From NCBI GenBank assembly GCA_964658305.1, contig OZ210885.1:7316001-7380000 (forward strand): a stretch of 64,000 nucleotides of DNA, written 5' to 3'. Shown here one piece after another: positions 59,068-64,000 of this stretch. This DNA comes from Leptogorgia sarmentosa (Eukaryota). Within the stretch, counting starts at the first letter, position 1. Every line of letters starts with the position of its first letter. The notes under the pieces are model-generated. The model saw only the letters and a list, made by a program, of their open reading frames with translations. It did not search any database and was not told the origin of the DNA. A program made the translations under genes and the position numbers.

Positions 59068-59842
59068 CTTTGAGATCAAAGCTAAATATGGAATTTTCCA
59101 TGGGAAAAGAAGCATTAAAAACAGTAAGTAAGGGGTCCAAGGATAGTGCAAAGTTTCTACGAAGATATCGAGCTAAAGCTGGTGTTACACTGGACGATTT
59201 CCGACAAAATTTCGCAATGCAATTAAGTTGTACGAGATTTGATTAGTGAAAGGTATTTAGATTATAGGTAAGTTTGCCATACACATAACTGAACAGTTAG
59301 CATGCTAAATTCACATCAATTAGCAATATATATTCAATTGGTACCCATTTTTAGTACTTAATATCATTGTAGTCAATTTCCTGTACGCTGATTGGCTAAA
59401 AAGCTTCAACAACTGTGAGAATTAAACATTAATGACACAGGTGTGTAATTAATTTTTCAAATACCACACTTCGAGCCCGCGATATGCGAGCGGTAAATTT
59501 AAAAACAAGTAAAACTACAGTAAAATTTTTGTTTCTCGTATAATTTTACGATGGATTTTCATTTGTTTGATATTGAAATTGCACTGAAATTGACTACAAT
59601 GATATTAAAAGGAAATTACACTTGTTCTCGTGCTTCGCACTCACGGTATTTCGCCAAACACGCGTGCAATTTGCCAATGTCAAGTAGGGATAATGAAATA
59701 GGCATTTATACTTATCAGTATCTAAAATGATATATTTGATAATTAATAGAATCATAATATTAATGAAATGCAAATGCTGGTATTTGATAAGCCCCTTTCT
59801 TTGCTATTTTCTATCTACATTTAGTATACACCCAACCATCGT

Positions 59843-60088
59843 CTATTACAAATGCTACATTCTGATTGGCTACTCAGCCGTTTGTCTATTCTGTGATAGA
59901 CCACGGTTCGCGAAAAAGCAAAGGAAAACAATATGGCTACTGCAGAAAACTCGCGTTTTGCTGAGGTTTCTGAAGAATTTTCTTCATATAAACAATTCTG
60001 GGCATAGAGTGTATACTAAAACAATTAGACAACTCGGCCTCGTTGACTATTCGCTCATAGACAACTCTGCCTCGTTGTCTAATTGTTA
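59843..60088 (+). mobile_element. Short hairpin-ended repeat
   Basis: CTGATTGGC near the start; terminal palindrome AACAATTAGACAAC...GTTGTCTAATTGTT. Confidence 0.55.
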
Positions 60089-60399
60089 AATATTCAGGGG
60101 CGCACATTAGGGGTGTGTGTGTGGGGGGGGGGGGGTTATGTTGTCGCTTCTTGTGATTGCTTTGCGAAATATGTGGCTTTCTAGTGACCAAGTTTACCCT
60201 TTGTATAAAACCACTTATATACAACATATTCTGTCTATATCGTGTTAAATTGCAATTGCGCACTTACTGAGATGTAGTATGTGAAAATTGATTGCCTAAA
60301 CTTTCGTATTTGAAGACTACACTTTATATTCTATCGGTACAAACATTCTAACATAACATGCTGCCGTTTTCAAACTGCATGTTATTGCATATGATATTT

Positions 60400-60573
60400 G
60401 CTGGGATTTATATTGCACAATGCAACCGCAATACTGCGAGAATAAATTTACAGAATCGCAACTTCTAATTCGACGAAATAACACGCTGAGATTTATATTG
60501 CGCAGTACAACCGCAATACTACGAGATCAAGTTTACAGAATCGCAACTTCTACTTCGATGAAATAACACGCTG
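60400..60573 (+). repeat. Tandem duplication, 85-bp period, 2 copies
   Basis: GCTG(G/A)GATTTATATTGC...GAAATAACAC at 60400 and 60485. Confidence 0.85.
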
Positions 60574-60752
60574 CCTTATAAACACTTTGTAGAAATGCAA
60601 TTGTGTATTTACTACTTACTAGGAGAAAGACAAAATTGTTTGCCCCAACGTTCGGATTTCAACACTACACTTCACATTTTATTAGCAAAAACATTGCAAC
60701 ATCGCCTCCGCTCCTCCACGGCCGCCATCTTGTCGTTACGTAACAAACTTAA

Positions 60753-61789
60753 GGTTACACCACACTATGAAAAGTTGATTTTTTGACTTTTTATGTTTTT
60801 ACACAGTTATATTATAGACATAAGTATCTATCATATTTCGCAAAATATTGAAATGCGACGGAGATATAGAGAAATGCTTTTTTTCTGACATAAAAAAATG
60901 CGCGCGAAAGTTTTAGACACATACTGTCATTCCGGCATAGCGCAAGGTGTTATCCATAATTTGAAGGTGTGAATTGGTACTGAGTTTGGGGCAATATACG
61001 ATATTAGTTACAGCACTGCATATTTCTCAAACATTATTCGCGTGCTGAATAGCGACATGTCTAAAAGAAAAGGTGCGAAGTGTAGAAACGAGTCTCTCGT
61101 ATAGCATTACATGTATTCTACCCAAATTTCAATGCCAAAACACCTTGTCAAAACTTAACAAGGTATACCAAACCGCGCGATTGTGATTGGTTCCATACCG
61201 GAGGTGTTAATTAAGAGGGTGGAGAGGCTGATAAGACCCCGCGAAACATTAATCCGTCTTTTACAGCAATTGAAAATATTGAAAATTTCCTCTACAAAAA
61301 GTAAAATAAGTTGACAGCGCTTGAACGAATTTTCCCCAATTTTTTACAGGACATTAAACAATATCTGTGCAGCAAAAAAGTGCTCGCGTTTTCGATTTAA
61401 TGAAGTACTTTCTTATTTACAGGCATTTTCCTCAACCTCGTATTGTCAAAAACACTACATCAACTTTGATGTTCTATATCAAAGCAAGTGAAATGTCTGT
61501 CAACAAATGCGAACACATTTTTCTTCTTTCATCACTTAGGAATGGAAACACGGCATTTCCGAGGTTTTTGGATAAAACCGGCGCTACTTAATTCTCGCGG
61601 CGCAAATAGTGTGTATATTTAGGAAAACTCTCAGTGCGGCTTTTTGTTAAAGCGTACTGATCTGCGGCAACGATTGTAGTTTCTCGAGACATTTATCAAT
61701 ATCTGTGCAAAATTTCAGACAAATTCGTCAAAACCTGAGCGTGCAATGGCAAATTTTCTCAAAGTACTGCTCCATGGTGTGATGTAACC
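60753..61789. mobile_element. Non-autonomous Kolobok-type element
   Basis: TTAA on both sides; TIR GGTTACA(C/T)CACAC(T/C)ATG with GG...CC termini. Confidence 0.8.
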
Positions 61790-63020
61790 TTAACTTAACA
61801 AGCGCGATAGCAATATGCAGATACAAAAATGCTTACAAAATTGCAATAGTCTATATTCCGAATCTTATTGATGTGTCTTTTTCTGATTGCATGTACAAAT
61901 TGGAGCAATCAAGGCTCCAATGCGTTTATCGCATTTAATCCTTTGTAGATTCTAGTCTTTAAACTAGCATTTTTTGAGAATATGATGGAGCGGGCATGTA
62001 GGATACTAAACCATGAAATGCAGTCCCCAAAAATTTGGCACCCCCCCAGAAATTTTTGGAATGTGCGCCCCTGCATATATTAGTCTTTCCTATTGAGCAT
62101 TTTTCTAAAGAATTTGGCCCAAATTTTCCAAGTATGTTCACTTGTAGAATATTTTAGTATCAATCAGCATGTATTCGATTCTACTGTACTGAAACAATTT
62201 GTCAGAGTTGTTCTCAATCTCTGTGAAGTGATAAGTTAATATTTAATAAGCTCCTAAAGTAGAAATAATATTGATCAGGACTAAACAACAATACAATTAA
62301 TATTAGTAGTACAGTTAATTATATAATTAATATTACTGTTCAAGTTCAATTTTAAACAATGTCAAATGCTCTGAAAGCGTACTGTAGTTACAGTGTAGTT
62401 AGTTCTGTAGTTACAGTAAATGCAGAATTGAACAAATTGTGGCAGACAAGCTTTTTATTTTGAGCTTCATACCAGGTTTGTATTATTTATTATATGGTCT
62501 CTTCCATCTATTTTGTTCTTATAGTCAAAATTGCATCTTGGCATAAAGTTTACAGTATATATTGTGTATTCATTATGCATTCATTAACTTTGTTGTTGTT
62601 GAAGACTCATATAGTGGAATTTTAATTGAACTAAACAGAATGAAATTTACCTAAATAAATCAACACACTTGTTTTGACACTTTGACATTTTTAAGGAACA
62701 TTATATAAGTTAATTTACGTATTGTTGTTGTTTGTAAGGAAAAGATCAAGAAACTTCGAAGGACAAAAACCATAAAAAAGCACTATTTTGACAACTTAAT
62801 TTATCTATTCGTTTGATATTTGTACAAAATTAAAAAAGCTTAAAACACGTCCGTGTGTCTTTGTTGCGAAGAGTTCACAACAGTCAAAATAGTTTGATTT
62901 TAGAGCGAAAAAGGAAGTTATTTTGGGCGACATATGCCAGATCAATAATACATTCCAAACACGTTCGAATAGTGACACGCTAAAATACAAAGACATCGAG
63001 GTTAGAAAATCACATCAACG

Positions 63021-64000
63021 ATGGTTAAAATTGAAGAGGCGATACGGAAAAGAAGTGCAGCGAAGAGAAAGTTCGACGACGAAGCAAAAAGTTTCGAAAT
63101 TGTGCTAGAAGCTCGCCCGGAAATATATCGCCTTGAAGAGGCTTTTGTCAAAGTCAAGGGGAAATATATCACGATTAGGGAAGTACATGATGAAATTACC
63201 GAATTAATGGTCGAAGCTGAGATTGAATCAACTAACTTTACCAACCACGATAGTTTTATTACGGAAATCATAGCAAAATATGGTCATTTGCTCGCTAAAT
63301 TAGAGCACTATCGAAAGAAATGTGAAATGGATAAAATATCAATGGAAACACCGACTGAATTGGGAATGAAACCGAAGTCCAATCTGGAGAGAATCAAAGT
63401 ACCACAATTTTCAGGCAACATTAAGAATTATCGAACATGGAAAAGAATATTCGAATCGAAGACACCATGAAAAAAAATGGCCAAGATGAGGGAAGTCAAC
63501 TTGCAAGATTGATCGAAGCGGTCCAACCCCTCCCCCCCCCCCCCCCCCCCTGAGATATGAAGTTGAATGCTTTACTACAACCAAAGCGATCTGGGCATTT
63601 CTCGACAAATCATTTGGAGATGACAAGGAATTAATTAGAATTTTGATGAATGAAATCAAAACAGTGAAACCCTTGAAGGTCAAAGATACAAAGTGGATTT
63701 ATCCTCACAATGGAGGATGTCGGAGCATCTGATGAAGCAAAAAGTAGATATGTGTTTGCAGATATTCTGGCAAAGTTAACAGCAGAAGATCAAAGGGCAT
63801 ATGGACGGAGTATGCTTGATACGAAGAAGGGCGAAAATCTGCAAACCCTGTTGGAATATTTAGAGGAAGAGTCGAAATTAATGGCATGCAGACAACCTCA
63901 ACAACGGTCCCTTAAAGGTAATTTTAACCCCCTTGATATAGACGGTGGCTACAATGATACCCCTGGGTGTGGTCTTGGTTGCTCCCAACTACATGGATTA
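63021..64000 (+). pseudogene. Degraded BEL/Pao Gag (DUF1759-like) fragment
   Basis: LERIKVPQFSGNIKNYRTWKRIF, then frameshifted AIWAFLDKSFGD; poly-C tract near 63530. Confidence 0.7.

Noticed and set aside
59068..59151. N-terminal extension MHYPWTPYLLFLMLL... as a signal peptide
   Set aside because: Begins at TTG and reads through a pyrimidine-rich intron end with an acceptor at about 59082; ATG at 59067 fits better, though an upstream coding exon cannot be excluded

Overview
Eukaryotic, AT-rich, repeat-dense animal DNA; the gene and repeat repertoire suggests a cnidarian (possibly an octocoral), which is inference. Contents: (1) the 3' half of an intact BEL/Pao LTR retrotransposon with PPT and 3' LTR (1-3210); (2) two related tRNA gene clusters (5.4-7.9 kb and 40.9-45.9 kb, plus an orphan copy at 33.8 kb) made by direct, inverted and tandem duplication, with many degenerate copies and several anticodon switches; (3) an 11-exon minus-strand gene (9830-27903, about 870 aa when spliced by hand) for a type-I receptor: signal peptide, Cys-rich domain, SUEL lectin, F5/8C, 2x FN3, RPTP-like juxtamembrane region, TM and a short tail with YxxL/V motifs but no phosphatase domain, plus a dead SRCR exon; (4) a 7-exon minus-strand gene (50784-59067, 1496 aa when spliced by hand) fusing a DZIP3-type HEPN domain, a truncated NACHT/STAND ATPase, a death-effector domain and a Pirh2/RCHY1-type CHY-CTCHY-RING-H2 module; (5) many MITEs (hAT, Tc1/mariner, PIF/Harbinger, Kolobok, P-like), including several 9-bp-TSD Mutator-like families that share a tRNA-like plus telomere-like internal module and stack at one CG-rich target; (6) degraded BEL and CR1/L2 fragments. 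All gene models and domain calls are by eye and lack transcript or HMM confirmation.
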